Part shown: piece by piece, positions 39,601-53,289 of the stretch
How the letters are laid out: each line of letters opens with the position of its first letter
Numbering within the stretch: position 1 is the first letter of the stretch
Origin: Squalus acanthias
Lineage: Eukaryota
Reading direction: 5' to 3'
Assembly (NCBI GenBank): GCA_030390025.1
Contig: JASTWF010000331.1
Coordinates: 124,001-188,000 of the forward strand
Length of the DNA: 64,000 nucleotides
The notes under the pieces: generated by a model
What the model saw: the letters and a program-made list of their open reading frames with translations, nothing else
The model's database searches: none
What the model was told of the DNA's origin: nothing
Program-made: the position numbers and the translations under genes

Positions 39601-42600
39601 TCTCCCAATTCCCCATTTACTGGTGCTCTCTCCCAATTCCCCATTTACTGGTGCTCTCTCCCAATTCCCCATTTACTGGTGCTCTCTCCCAATTCCCCAT
39701 TTACTGGTGCTCTCCCCCAATTCCCCAGGTACTGGTGCTCTCCCCCAATTCCCCATTTACTGGTGCTCTCTCCCCCAATTCCCCAGGTACTGGTGCTCTC
39801 CCCCAATTCCCCATTTACTGGTGCTCTCTCTCCCAATTCCCCATTTACTGGTGCTCTCTCTCCCAATTCCCCAGGTACTGGTGCTCTCTCTCCCAATTCC
39901 CCATTTACTGGTGCTCTCTCCCCCAATTCCCCATTTACTGGTGCTCTCCCCCAATTCCCCATTTACTGGTGCTCTCCCCCAATTCCCCAGGTACTGGTGC
40001 TCTCTCCCCCAATTCCCCATTTACTGGTGCTCTCCCCCAATTCCCCATTTACTGGTGCTCTCTCCCAATTCCCCAGGTACTGGTGCTCTCTCCCCCAATT
40101 CCCCATTTACTGGTGCTCTCCCCCAATTCCCCATTTACTGGTGCTCTCTCTCCCAATTCCCCATTTACTGGTGCTCTCTCTCCCAATTCCCCATTTACTG
40201 GTGCTCTCTCCCAATTCCCCATTTACTGGTGCTCTCCCCCAATTCCCCATTTACTGGTGCTCTCCCCCAATTCCCCATTTACTGGTGCTCTCTCCCAATT
40301 CCCCATTTACTGGTGCTCTCTCTCCCAATTCCCCATTTACTGGTGCTCTCTCCCAATTCCCCATTTACTGGTGCTCTCTCCCAATTCCCCATTTACTGGT
40401 GCTCTCTCCCCCAATTCCCCATTTACTGGTGCTCTCTCCCAATTCCCCAGGTACTGGTGCTCTCCCCCAATTCCCCATTTACTGGTGCTCTCTCCCCCAA
40501 TTCCCCATTTACTGGTGCTCTCTCTCCCAATTCCCCATTTACTGGTGCTCTCTCCCAATTCCCCAGGTACTGGTGCTCTCCCCCAATTCCCCATTTACTG
40601 GTGCTCTCTCTCCCAATTCCCCATTTACTGGTGCTCTCTCCCCCAATTCCCCAGGTACTGGTGCTCTCCCCCAATTCCCCATTTACTGGTGCTCTCTCTC
40701 CCAATTCCCCATTTACTGGTGCTCTCTCTCCCAATTCCCCATTTACTGGTGCTCTCCCCCAATTTCCCATTTACTGGTGCTCTCTCTCCCAATTCCCCAT
40801 TTACTGGTGCTCTCTCCCAATTCCCCATTTACTGGTGCTTTCCCCCAATTCCCCATTTACTGGTGCTCTCCCCCAATTCCCCAGGTACTGGTGCTCTCTC
40901 TCCCAATTCCCCAGGTACTGGTGCTCTCTCCCAATTCCCCATTTACTGGTGCTCTCTCCCCCAATTCCCCAGGTACTGGTGCTCTCCCCCAATTCCCCAG
41001 GTACTGGTGCTCTCTCTCCCAATTCCCCAGGTACTGGTGCTCTCTCCCCCAATTCCCCATTTACTGGTGCTCTCTCTCCCAATTTCCCAGGTACTGGTGC
41101 TCTCTCTCCCAATTCCCCATTTACTGGTGCTCTCCCCCAATTCCCCATTTACTGGTGCTCTCCCCCAATTCCCCATTTACTGGTGCTCTCCCCCAATTCC
41201 TCATTTACTGGTGCTCTCCCCCAATTCCCCATTTACTGGTGCTCTCTCCCAATTCCCCAGGTACTGGTGCTCTCCCCCCCAATTCCCCATTTACTGGTGC
41301 TCTCTCCCCCAATTCCCCAGGTACTGGTGCTCTCTCCCCCAATTCCCCATTTACTGGTGCTCTCTCCCCCAATTCCCCATTTACTGGTGCTCTCCCCCAA
41401 TTCCCCATTTACTGGTGCTCTCTCTCCCAATTCCCCATTTACTGGTGCTCTCTCCCAATTCCCCATTTACTGGTGCTCTCTCTCCCAATTCCCCATTTAC
41501 TGGTGCTCTCTCCCCCAATTCCCCATTTACTGGTGCTCTCTCCCCCAATTCCCCATTTACTGGTGCTCTCCCCCAATTCCCCATTTACTGGTGCTCTCTC
41601 TCCCAATTCCCCATTTACTGGTGCTCTCTCCCAATTCCCCAGGTACTGGTGCTCTCCCCCAATTCCCCATTTACTGGTGCTCTCTCTCCCAATTCCCCAT
41701 TTACTGGTGCTCTCTCTCCCAATTCCCCATTTACTGGTGCTCTCCCCCAATTTCCCATTTACTGGTGCTCTCTCTCCCAATTCCCCAGGTACTGGTGCTC
41801 TCTCCCAATTCCCCATTTACTGGTGCTTTCCCCCAATTCCCCATTTACTGGTGCTCTCCCCCAATTCCCCATTTACTGGTGCTCTCTCCCAATTTCCCAG
41901 GTACTGGTGCTCTCTCTCCCAATTCCCCATTTACTGGTGCTCTCTCCCCCAATTCCCCATTTACTGGTGCTCTCCCCCAATTCCCCAGGTACTGGTGCTC
42001 TCTCTCCCAATTCCCCAGGTACTGGTGCTCTCTCCCCCAATTCCCCATTTACTGGTGCTCTCTCTCCCAATTTCCCAGGTACTGGTGCTCTCTCTCCCAA
42101 TTCCCCATTTACTGGTGCTCTCCCCCAATTCCCCATTTACTGGTGCTCTCCCCCAATTCCCCATTTACTGGTGCTCTCCCCCAATTCCCCATTTACTGGT
42201 GCTCTCTCTCCCAATTCCCCATTTACTGGTGCTCTCTCCCAATTCCCCAGGTACTGGTGCTCTCTCCCCCAATTCCCCATTTACTGGTGCTCTCTCCCCC
42301 AATTCCCCATTTACTGGTGCTCTCCCCCAATTCCCCATTTACTGGTGCTCTCTCCCCCAATTCCCCATTTACTGGTGCTCTCCCCCAATTCCCCATTTAC
42401 TGGTGCTCTCCCCCAATTCCCCATTTACTGGTGCTCTCTCCCCCAATTCCCCAGGTACTGGTGCTCTCCCCCAATTCCCCATTTACTGGTGCTCTCTCCC
42501 CCAATTCCCCAGGTACTGGTGTTCTCTCCCAATTCCCCATTTACTGGTGGTCTCCCCCAATTCCCCAGGTACTGGTGCTCTCTCTCCCAATTCCCCAGGT

Positions 42601-44638
42601 ACTGGTGTTCTCTCCCAATTCTCCATTTACTGGTGCTCTCTCCCAATTCCCCATTTACTGGTGCTCTCCCCCAATTCCCCATTTACTGGTGCTCTCTCCC
42701 CCAATTCTCCAGGTACTGGTGCTCTCCCCCAATTCCCCATTTACTGGTGCTCTCTCCCCCAATTCCCCATTTACTGGTACTCTCCCCCAATTCCCCAGGT
42801 ACTGGTGCTCTCTCCCAATTCCCCATTTACTGGTGCTCTCTCCCCCAATTCCCCAGGTACTGGTGCTCTCTCACAATTCCCCATTTACTGGTGCTCTCCC
42901 CCAATTCCCCAGGTACTGGTGCTCTCTCTCCCAATTCCCCATTTACTGGTGCTCTCTCCCCCAATTCCCCATTTACTGGTGCTCTCCTCCAATTCCCCAT
43001 TTACTGGTGCTCTCTCCCCCAATTCCCCATTTACTGGTGCTCTCTCCCCCAATTCCCCATTTACTGGTGCTCTCCCCCAATTCCCCATTTACTGGTGCTC
43101 TCTCCCAATTCCCCATTTACTGGTGCTCTCTCTCCCAATTCCCCATTTACTGGTGCTCTCCCCCAATTTCCCATTTACTGGTGCTCTCTCTCCCAATTCC
43201 CCAGGTACTGGTGCTCTCTCCCAATTCCCCATTTACTGGTGCTCTCCCCCAATTCCCCATTTACTGGTGCTCTCTCCCCCAATTCCCCAGGTACTGGTGC
43301 TCTCTCCCAATTCCCCATTTACTGGTGCTCTCTCCCAATTCCCCATTTACTGGTGCTCTCTCCCCCAATTCCCCATTTACTGGTGCTCTCCCCCAATTCC
43401 CCATTTACTGGTGCTCTCCTCCAATTCCCCATTTACTGGTGCTCTCCCCCAATTCCCCATTTACTGGTGCTCTCTCCCCCAATTCCCCATTTACTGGTGC
43501 TCTCCCCCAATTCCCCATTTACTGGTGCTCTCTCTCCCAATTCCCCAGGTACTGGTGCTCTCCCCCAATTCCCCATTTACTGGTGCTCTCTCCCCCAATT
43601 CCCCATTTACTGGTGCTCTCCCCCAATTCCCCATTTACTGGTGCTCTCCCCCAATTCCCCATTCACTGGTGCTCTCCCCCAATTCCCCATTTACTGGTGC
43701 TCTCTCCCAATTCCCCAGGTACTGGTGCTCTCTCCCCAATTCCCCATTTACTGGTGCTCTCTCCCAATTCCCCATTTACTAGTGCTCTCTCTCCCAATTC
43801 CCCATTTACTGGTGCTCTCTCTCCCAATTCCCCATTTACTGGTGCTCTCTCCCCCAATTCCCCATTTACTGGTGCTCTCTCCCAATTCCCCAGGTACTGG
43901 TGCTCTCCCCCAATTCCCCAGGTACTGGTGCTCTCTCCCCCAATTCCCCATTTACTGGTGCTCTCTCCCCCAATTCCCCATTTACTGGTGCTCTCCCCCA
44001 ATTCCCCAGGTACTGGTGCTCTCTCTCCCAATTCCCCATTTACTGGTGCTCTCTCCCCCAATTCCCCATTTACTGGTGCTCTCTCCCCCAATTCCCCATT
44101 TACTGGTGCTCTCCCCCAATTCCCCATTTACTGGTGCTCTCTCCCCCAATTCCCCATTTACTGGTGCTCTCTCCCCCAATTCCCCATTTACTGGTGCTCT
44201 CTCCCCCAATTCCCCATTTACTGGTGCTCTCTCCCAATTCCCCATTTACTGGTGCTCTCTCCCCCAATTCCCCATTTACTGGTGCTCTCTCCCCCAATTC
44301 CCCATTTACTGGTGCTCTCTCCCCCAATTCACCATTTACTGGTGCTCTCTCCCCCAATTCCCCATTTACTGGTGCTCTCTCCCCCAATTCCCCATTTACT
44401 GGTGCTCTCTCTCCCGATTCCCCAGGTACTGGTGCTCTCTCCCAATTCCCCATTTACTGGTGCTCTCTCCCCCAATTCCCCATTTACTGGTGCTCTCTCC
44501 CAATTCCCCATTTACTGGTGCTCTCTCCCCCAATTCTCCATTTACTGGTGCTCTCTCCCCCGATTCCCCAGGTACTGGTGCTCTCTCCCCCAATTCCCCA
44601 GGTACTGGTGCTCTCCCCCAATTCCCCAGGTACTGGTG
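30630..44638. repeat. 28-30-bp satellite, ~14 kb, roughly 480 units
   Basis: Unit CCAATTCCCC(ATTT|AGGT)ACTGGTGCT(CT)n(C)n, pyrimidine-rich on the + strand. Confidence 0.98.
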
Positions 44639-44639
44639 C

Positions 44640-45151
44640 CGAAAGGGAAAAAGGTTAATTGCTGATTGCTTCTCCTCTCTCTTTATGCACATATTTAATA
44701 ATTCATTGGAAACATTTGTGGTGCCAGGCGGATAGCTAACGTAATACCTCTATTTAAGAAGGGGGATAGGACATGTCCGGGGAACAATAGACCAGTCAGA
44801 TTGACATCGGTGGTAGGAAAAGCAATGGAATCCCAATGCAAGGAGAAGGTCGAGAAACCAAATCATAGGAATGAATAGTCAGCGTGGATTTCAAAAGGGA
44901 AATTCTTGCTTGACCAACCTCATTGAATGCTTGAAGAGGTCACAGAGAGAGTAGACAATGATAATGCAGTTGATGTAATTTATCTAGATTTTTCAAAAGG
45001 CCTTCGAAAAGCTACCCCATAATAGACTGATGAAGAAGGTCAGAGAATGTGGAGTCCGGGGACAAGTCGCAGAATGGATTGCTGGCTGGCTTCAGGACAG
45101 AAAGCAGAGAGTAGGGGTAAAGGGTAGCTAATCCCAGTGGCAGAAGGGTCG
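44640..45151 (+). mobile_element. CR1 RT fragment, inner end of right arm
   Basis: Remnants of IFNNSL, IANVIPLFKKG, RPVRLTSVVGK and KSCLTNLIE. Confidence 0.85.
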
Positions 45152-45159
45152 TGCTCCCT

Positions 45160-45880
45160 TGTTCTCCTGCGCAGGCGCAGTGCCCCTCCCTTGCTGATCC
45201 GGGGATGAGCAGTGGGTGGGGTTTGCTGGGTCCAGTGGGCGGGGTTTGCTGATCCGGGGTTTGCTGGGTCCAGTGGGCGGGGTTTGCTGGGTCCAGTGGG
45301 CGGGGTTTACTGGGGCAGTGGCCGGGGTTTGCTGATCCGGGGTTTGCTGGGTCCAGTGGGCGGGGTTTGCTGGGTCCAGTGGGCGGGGTTTGCTGATCCG
45401 GGGTTTGCTGGGGGCAGTGGGCGGGGTTTGCTGATCCGGGGTTTGCTGTGTGCGGGGCGGGGCCGGGCGGCGCGGGCCGGTGTGTGAGTGACGGTCAGAA
45501 ACAGGATGGTTGCCCGGGTTACAGGGGCCGCGCTCTGTCACTGAGGGAACTCGGCTCCATTCAGCTCACGGCCCAGAGTTGAGATCACAGCGAGGGACGG
45601 AGGGGCTTCACAGTCTCTCACTCCGGTTAGTAACCGCAGAGAAAATGGCGCATTTCCGTCTACAGCAGTGAGAATGGGGGAGTCTGAGTTCTAATGTTTT
45701 ATCACAGGGAGGGAGGTTAAAGTGTAACAGCCCGGTTTGTAACGGAGGGGAGATTCCTGTCAGCATCAGCTCCCGGGGAATGAGCTGAACCGGCTCACAA
45801 TACAGGGGCTGGGCCGGGGGTGGAGGGCGCGGTGGCTTCAGGCAGTTTGGACAGAAAATGGCGCATTTCCGCCCAGAGCT
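45160..45880 (+). promoter_or_regulatory. Promoter / first-exon cassette P5 (inverted)
   Basis: TGCGCAGGCGCA, GGGCGGGG array, CGGTTAGTAACCG at 45624-45636 with donor CCG|GTTAGT, and AAAATGGCG. Confidence 0.6.
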
Positions 45881-46088
45881 GTGAAAATGGGGAAGTCTCA
45901 GGCGGCCGGAAATTTACTGTGAGGAAAATCTCCGAACAAAACGAACAGCTGGTGATCTGAGGAAAGGGCCAAAAACAAACAGAAATACTCGGCCTTGAAA
46001 TTGAATTCGTAGTAAGCAGATAAAAAGACGACATTACATTATTTCACGCTTTCAATATTGTTCTCATTTTCTGCTCTGCCGTAATTAG

Positions 46089-46255
46089 ATCCCCCGGTGA
46101 ATGACAGAGTGATTGATAGAGGTGCACAACTGGAAGTAAACAGTGATTGTTGACTGAGGAACAACAGCAGGTGAACCAGCACAGGATTGTGAGAACACCA
46201 ACCAGAGAAAACCCTTCCGATTCAAAGAGCTTCCAGAGATCGACTGCGGAGCAAG
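46089..46255 (+). other. Candidate non-coding exon (167 nt), copy 5
   Basis: TTCTCATTTTCTGCTCTGCCGTAATTAG| ... AAG|GTGAGA. Confidence 0.55.
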
Positions 46256-46723
46256 GTGAGAGAGAGTCCCATTGACTCAGATAAACTCTGGTCCTGGAGA
46301 TGGACTGGGGAGAAATGTCAGAGAGAGTCCCATTGACACAGATACACACTGGTCCTGGAGATGGACTGGGGAGAAAGGTCAGAGAGAGTCCCATTGACTC
46401 AGATACACACTGGTCCTGGAGATGGACTGGGGAGAAAGGTCAGAGAGAGTCCCATTGACTCAGATACACACTGGTCCTGGAGATGGACTGGGGAGAAAGG
46501 TCAGAGAGAGTCCCATTGACTCAGATACACACTGGTCCTGGAGATGGACTGGGGAGAAAGGTCAGAGAGTCCCATTGACTCAGATACACACTGGTCCTGG
46601 AGATGGACTGGGGAGAAAGGTCAGAGAGAGTCCCATTGACTCAGATACACACTGGTCCTGGAGATGGACCGGGGAGAAAGGTCAGAGAGAGTCCCATTGA
46701 CTCAGATACACACTGGTCCTGGA
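46256..46723. repeat. 61-bp minisatellite, ~8 copies (inverted orientation)
   Basis: Reverse complement of the 61-bp unit. Confidence 0.95.
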
Positions 46724-46892
46724 GACAGTGCACAAACGTTACAAAGTGAGGCAGGTATTGGTGAGAATGAGAGTGGGAGAGTCTGACCTCCAAGCACAAT
46801 TATCCAGCATGAGGCTGTGCATTGGAATGTGAAGTGAGATCAGTTTCTGTTTCGAAACACAGTCACAGTGAATCTTGTGTGTGTTTTATTGT

Positions 46893-48000
46893 ACATGAAA
46901 TAACAAAGAGGGTTGATGAAGGGAGTGCTGTAGATTTATATTTGGACTTTCAAAATCCATTTGCTAAAGAGCCACATAACCGACTTGTTTGGAAAATAGA
47001 CACTCATGGTATTAAAGTGACGGTAAATTGGGTTTGTAATTGTCTGAGTGATAGGAGGCAGAGAGCAGTGGTGAACAGATGTGTTTCTGACTGGAGAAAA
47101 GGATGCATTGGGTCATCCAGGGGTCAGAATTGGGGCCTTTGATTTTTTAATATTTTAAATGACCTGGACTTCGGTACAGGGAGTGGACCTTCGAGGTTTG
47201 CTGATGATACAAAGATTGACTCTTGTAAATGGTGAGCTGGATAGTAGCAGACTTTAGAAAGACAGACGTCTGGTGAAATGGGCAGACACATGGCAGATGC
47301 TATTTAATGCGGATCAGTGTGAACAGACTTGACTGTAGTATTTTGAGGGGGTACAAAAGCAGAGGGATCTGGGGGTGCAGATTCACAAATCTTTGAAGGT
47401 GGCAGGGTAAGTTGATGAGGCTTTTAAGAGAGTGCGTGGGAGATTCTGCTTTGTAAATGGGGCATTGAACAGAAAAACAAGGAGGTCAATGCTAACACAT
47501 TACAAATCACTGGTTAGGTGGGAGTACTGTGTACAATTCTGGGCACTTTGAGAAGGAAGACAAGGCCATGGAGAGGGTACAGAGGTGGATTACCAGGGAT
47601 GACGGACTTCACTTATTTGGAGAGATCGGAGAAGCTGGGATTGTTGCCTTTAGAGCAGAGAAGGTTAAGGGAAGAGCTAATAGAGATATTCCAGATTGTG
47701 AGGGTTTTTGTTCGAGCAAATAGGAAGAAATATTTCCTCTGGCAAGTGGGGCGTTAACGAACGGTCACAGTTTTAAAATAATTGGCAAAATAACTGGAGG
47801 GGAAATGAGGAGAATTTGATGTACAGAGTTTTAAGATCTGAATGCAGCACCTGAAAAACTGATGTCAACAAATTCCGTGGGAACTTTCAAAAAGGCAATT
47901 GGAGCTGTACTTGAAGAGGATGAATTTGCAGGGTTATCTGGTAAAAAGCTGAGGTGTGGGACTAGTTTGGACATCTTTTCAAAGAGCCGGCACAAGCACC
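46893..48000 (+). mobile_element. Old CR1 RT/3' fragment (inverted paralog)
   Basis: ORFs 46822-47142 and 47518-47757 are CR1-like. Confidence 0.85.
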
Positions 48001-48189
48001 AGTGGGCCGAAATCTTTAAGATTGGAAGGGGTTTGATCCAAGAGCCCAGCAGATATTAACTGTCTCCCCGCCACCAGCACCAACTTGGAAAGAAACGACC
48101 TTTATTTTCCCCATAATATCAATATTATACTGCGTGTTAAGGTAGTACCAGACACACAAATATATTTCATATATAACTCTCAATAAATA

Positions 48190-51100
48190 ATACACACATA
48201 TGAATTAGGAGCAGGATTGGGCCACTGGGCCCCTCGAGCCTGCTCCGCCATTCAATAAGATCATGACTGATCTGATTACTCCACATTCCCGCCTACCCCC
48301 GATAACCTTTCACCCCCTTGCTGATCAAGAATCTATCTACCTCTGCCTTAAAAATATTCCAAGACTCTGCTTCTACCGCCCTCTGAGGAAGAGAGTTCCA
48401 AAGACTCACGACCCTCGGAGAAAACAACTCTCTTCATCTCTGTTTTAAATGGGCAACCCCTTATTTTTAAACAGTGATCTAGTTCTAGATTCTCGCACAA
48501 GAGGAAACATCCTCTCCACACCCACCCTGTCAAGATACCTCAGGATCTAATATGTTTCAATCAAGTCACCTCTTATTCTTCTAAACTCCAGCGGATACAA
48601 GCCTAGCCTGTCCAACCATTCCTCATAAGACAACCCGCCCATTCCAGGTATTAGTCTAGGAAACCTTCTCTGAACTGCTTCCAATGTATTTACATCCTTC
48701 CTTAAATAAGGAGAGCAATACTGTGCACAGTACTCCAGATGTGGTCTCACCAATGCCCTGTATAACTGAAGCATAACCTCCCTACTTGTGTATTCAATTC
48801 CCCTCGCAATAAATAATAACATTCTATTAGCTTTCCTAATTACTTGCTATATCTGCATACTAACCTTTTGCGATTCATGCACTAGGACACCCAGATCACT
48901 CTGCATCTCAGAGCTCTGCAATCTCTCACCATTTAGATAGTATGCTGTTTTATTCTTCCTGCTAAAATGGACAACTTCCCATTTTCCCATATTATATCTA
49001 TTTGCCAAATCTTTGCCCACTCACTTAACCTATTTATATCCCTTTGTAGCCTCCTTATGTCCTGTTCACTATTTACACTCCTACCTATCTTTGTGTCATC
49101 AGCAAATTTAGCAACCATACCTTCGGTCCCTTCATCCAAGTCACTTCTATAAATTGTAAAAAGTTGAGGCCCCAGCACTGATCCCTGTGGCGCACCACTC
49201 GTTACATCTTGCCAATCAGAAAATGACCCATTTATGCCTACTCTCTGTTTCCTGTTAGCTAGCCAATCTTCTATCCATGCCAATATATTACCCCCTACAC
49301 CATGAGATTTAATTTTCCGCCATAACCTTTGATGTGGCACCTTATCAGATGCCTTTTGGAAATCCAGGTACAGTACATCCACTGGTTCCCCTTTATCCAC
49401 AGCACATGTTACTTCCTCAAAGAAATCCAATGAATTGGGTAAACATGATTTCCCTTTCACAGAACCATGTTGACTCTGCCTGATTACCATCAATTTTTTA
49501 AGTGCCCTGCTATAATGTTTTTAGTAATAGCTTCTAACATCTTCCCTATGATAGATGTTAAGCTAACTGGCCTGTATTTTCCTGCTTTCTGTCTCCCTCC
49601 CTTTTTGAATAAAGGAGTTACATTCGCTATTTTCCAATCTAATGTAACCTTCCCCGAATCTAGGGAATTTTGGAAAATTAAAGCAAGCGCATCAACTATC
49701 TCACTAGCCACTTCTTTTAAGACCCTAGGATGAAGTCCATCAGGACCCGGGGACTTGTCAGCCCGCAGCTCCAACAATTTGCTCAGTACCACTTCCCTGG
49801 TGATTGTAATTTTCTTGCAGTTCCTCCCTCCCTTCCATTTCCTGATTTCCAGCTATTTCTGGGATGTTACTTGTATCCTCTATAGTAAAGACCGATGAAA
49901 AATACCTGTTCAATTCAACTGCCATCTCCTTATTTTCCATTATTAATTCCCCAGACACTCGTTATTGGACCAACGCTCACTTTGTTAAATCTTTTCTTTA
50001 TTAAAATATCTATCTGTTTTTATATTTCTAGCTAGCTTTCTCTCGTACTCTAATTTTTCTCCTCCTCTTAATATTTTAGTCACTCTTTGCTGGTTTTTAT
50101 ATTCTGTCCAATCTTCTGACCTGCCACCCATCTTTGCGCAATTATATGCTTTTTCTTTAAGTTGGATACTATCTTTAACATTTTTAATTAACCAGGGTTG
50201 GTGGGTCCTCCCCTTGAATTTTTCTTTTCGTTGGAATGTATATATTCTGTTTATTCTGAAATATCGCCTTAAATGTCTGCCACTGCAACTCTATTGATCG
50301 ATCCCTATACCTAATTTGCCAGTTGACTTCAACGAGCTCTGCTTTCATGCCCTCATAATTGCCCTTATTTACGTTTAAAATACTAGTCTTGGACCCACTC
50401 TTCTCTCCCACAAACTGAAGGTAAAATTCAATCATATTATGATCGCTGCTACCTAGGGGCGCCTTCACTGTGAGGTCTTTCATTAATCCTATCTCGTTGC
50501 ACAATACCAGGTCTAGTATTGCCTGCTCTCTGGTTGGATCCAGAACGTGCTGTTGTAAGAAACTATCCAGAAAACAGTCTATGAACTCCTCATTTAGGCT
50601 ACCTTTGCCCATCTGATTTTTCCGGTCTATATGTAGATTAAATCCCCCATGATTATTGCCATACCTTTCTGACAAGCTCCCATTATTTCTTCCTTTATAC
50701 TCCATCCTACCGTGTGGTTACTGTTGGGAGGCCTGTACACCACTCTCACAAGTGACTTCTTGCCTTTATCATTTCTCATCTCTACCCAAACCGCTTCTAT
50801 ATCCTGGTTTCCTGAACTTAGGTCATCCCTCTCTATTGTGCTAATACCATCATTAATTAGCAGAGCCACCCATCCACCTTTTCCCACCTTCCTGTCCTTC
50901 CTAAATGTCATGTACCCTTCAATATTCAGGTCCCAATCTATGTCATCCTGCAGCCATGTTTCTGTAATGTCTATCAGATCGGACTTATTTTTTCCTATTT
51001 GCGCTATCAGTTCCTCTGTTTTGTTTTGAATGCTACGTGCATTCAAATGCAGAGCCTTTGGTTTTGTCCTTTTATTATTTCTGTAACCTCTAGCCATAAC

Positions 51101-52593
51101 TGTTGATTTACTCAGATTTGTACTCTCTATCCCTTCCTGTCAAGGTCTGTTTATCATTTCCCATATTAATACCTTTCTTTCTTGCCTTGTCTCTACTCTT
51201 TGATTTACCACATCTTCCCAAATTTGATCCCTTGCCCCCACTATTTAGTTTAAAACCCTCTCTACCGCCCCAGTTATATGACTCGCCAGAACACTGGTCC
51301 CAGCATGGTTCAGGTGAAGACCGTCCCAACGATACAGATCCCACTTTCCCCAGTATGGTGCCAGTGTCCCAGGAATCGAAACCCATTTCTCCGACACCAG
51401 TCTTTGAGCCACGCATTCATCTCTCTAATTTTATTTATCCTATGCCAATTTGCTCGTGGCTCAGGTAATAATGCAGACATTATTACCCTTGAGGTTCTGC
51501 TTTTTAATTTAGCCCCCAGCTGCTGATACTCTCTCAGCAGAACCTATTTCCTCATTCTAACTGTGTCGTTGGTACCTACATGGACCACGACCAGTGGCTC
51601 CTCCCCCTCCCACTGCAAGTTCCGCTCCAGCCCAGAGCAGATGTCCTGAACCCTGGCACCGGGCAGGCAACACAGCCATCTGGACTCTCGCTCTTGGCCG
51701 CAGAGAACTGTATCTATCCCCCTGACTATGCTGACCCCTATTACCTCTACATTCCTATTAACTCCCCCCGCTTGAATCACTTCCTGTACTCGGTGCCATG
51801 GTCAGTTTGCTCATCCACCCTGCAGCCACCGCTTTCATACATACAAGCTGCAAGAACCTCAAACCTGTTGGACAATTGCTGAGGCTCCTCCACCTCCTGG
51901 GTCCCCATACCTGCCTCACTCGCAGTCACATCCCCCTGTCCCTGACCACTGACCAAATCCGAAGACCCTATCCTAAGGGGTGTGACTGCCTCCTGGAATA
52001 AAGTGTCCAAGTAACTTTCCCCCTCCCTGATGCATCGCAGAGTCCACAGCTCGGCCTCCAGCTCATCAACTCTGAGCCGAAGCTCCTCAAGCCGCAGACA
52101 CTTACCGCAGACGTGTTCGTCCTGGATCACACTGGCGTCCAGGAGCTCCCACAGACTGTAGTCGCAACACACCACCTGCCCTGCCAACTTTATTGAGTCT
52201 TAATTTATTTATTTTATAACCCAGTACACCCAATCAGATTTATTACTGCTAGTAAACTTTACTAATACTAATGAAACCTTGCAATTACTAATACATTTCC
52301 TGGGGATTAAAAGATAGGAGAAGTGAGCAAAATACTCACCAACCAATCACTTACCCTCTTCCCTTTTATTTTTTCTCTAATTGCGGTTGGGGGGGTTCAC
52401 AGAGCCGAACTCCCACTGGTTCTCTGTCCCCTCTCGTGCAGCTTTTTAGCTTCTGCTCTCCTGGAGGTTGACAAAGATTGAAAAAAAAAGGAGCACCTCC
52501 CTCCCTTCCTCGCCTAACTCCCTTTCTCACCAAACACGCAGGTTTACACTCTTTTCCAAGCTGCACTCGTGACAAACTGCACTCAGTTGTGAA
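48190..52593 (-). mobile_element. Near full-length degenerate CR1 LINE, copy C
   Basis: ORF1 52187-51544, APE 51097-50184, RT 49493-48933. Reverse complement paralog of copies A and B. Confidence 0.95.
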
Positions 52594-52624
52594 TTACAAT
52601 TCTGAACTGGACGCTGGATTTACT

Positions 52625-53289
52625 TATACAATAGCAAAATACTGCGGATGCTGGAAAATTGAAACAACAACAGAAAACGCTGGAAAAACTCAGGAGGCCA
52701 GGCAACATCCCTGGAGAGAGAAACAGAGTTAACGTTTCAGGTCGAAACCCTTCGTCAGAACTGAGAAAAGAGCAGGAAATGAAACATAAAAATGCAAGGG
52801 GGAGGGGGGGTGATAACTATGGTAAGTAGAGACATTAAGAGATGCTCAAGCCAAGATGAGATGGTAATGGGACAGGTTAAGAAACAAAAGGTGAAGTGTG
52901 AAATGCTGGCAGAATGAGAGACCGCTGCCGTAGGGGGGAGAGAGAGAGAAAAAAGGAAAAAGGCACGACCAAAAGGGTGGATAAAATGTATATATGTGTG
53001 GTGGGGACCGAGGTTATGATCTGAAATTGTTGAGCTCGATATTGAGTCCAGTAGGCTGTAAAGTGCCTAAACGAAAGATGAGGTGCTGTTCCTCGAGCTT
53101 ACGCTGAGCTTCCGTGGAACAATGCACGAGGCGAGGACGGTGAGGTCTGAGTGGGATGGAGAGGTGAATTAAAATGACAAGCGACCGAAGCTCGGGGTCC
53201 CCCTTACGGACTGAACGGAGGTGTTCCGCAAAGCGGTCACTCAATCTGCGTTTGGTCTCCCCAGTGTAGAGGAGACCACATGGTGAGCA
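52625..53289 (-). mobile_element. Penelope-like fragment (inverted paralog of 21697-22366)
   Basis: ORF 53014-53244. TSD GCTGGATTTACT at 52613-52624 and 53290-53301. Confidence 0.9.
52727..52762 (-). ncRNA. Minimal hammerhead ribozyme motif
   Basis: Reverse complement of AGTTCTGACGAAGGGTTTCGACCTGAAACGTTAACT. Confidence 0.7.

Noticed and set aside
30649..44735. Three >4300-aa ORFs as giant repeat proteins
   Set aside because: All three frames are open and give the same peptides because the 28/30-bp unit lacks stop codons. Unit lengths do not preserve a frame and there is no unique domain.
45825..45836. 7SL/Alu-like start GGGCGCGGTGGC
   Set aside because: Only 12 nt match and the following sequence is unrelated to SRP RNA.
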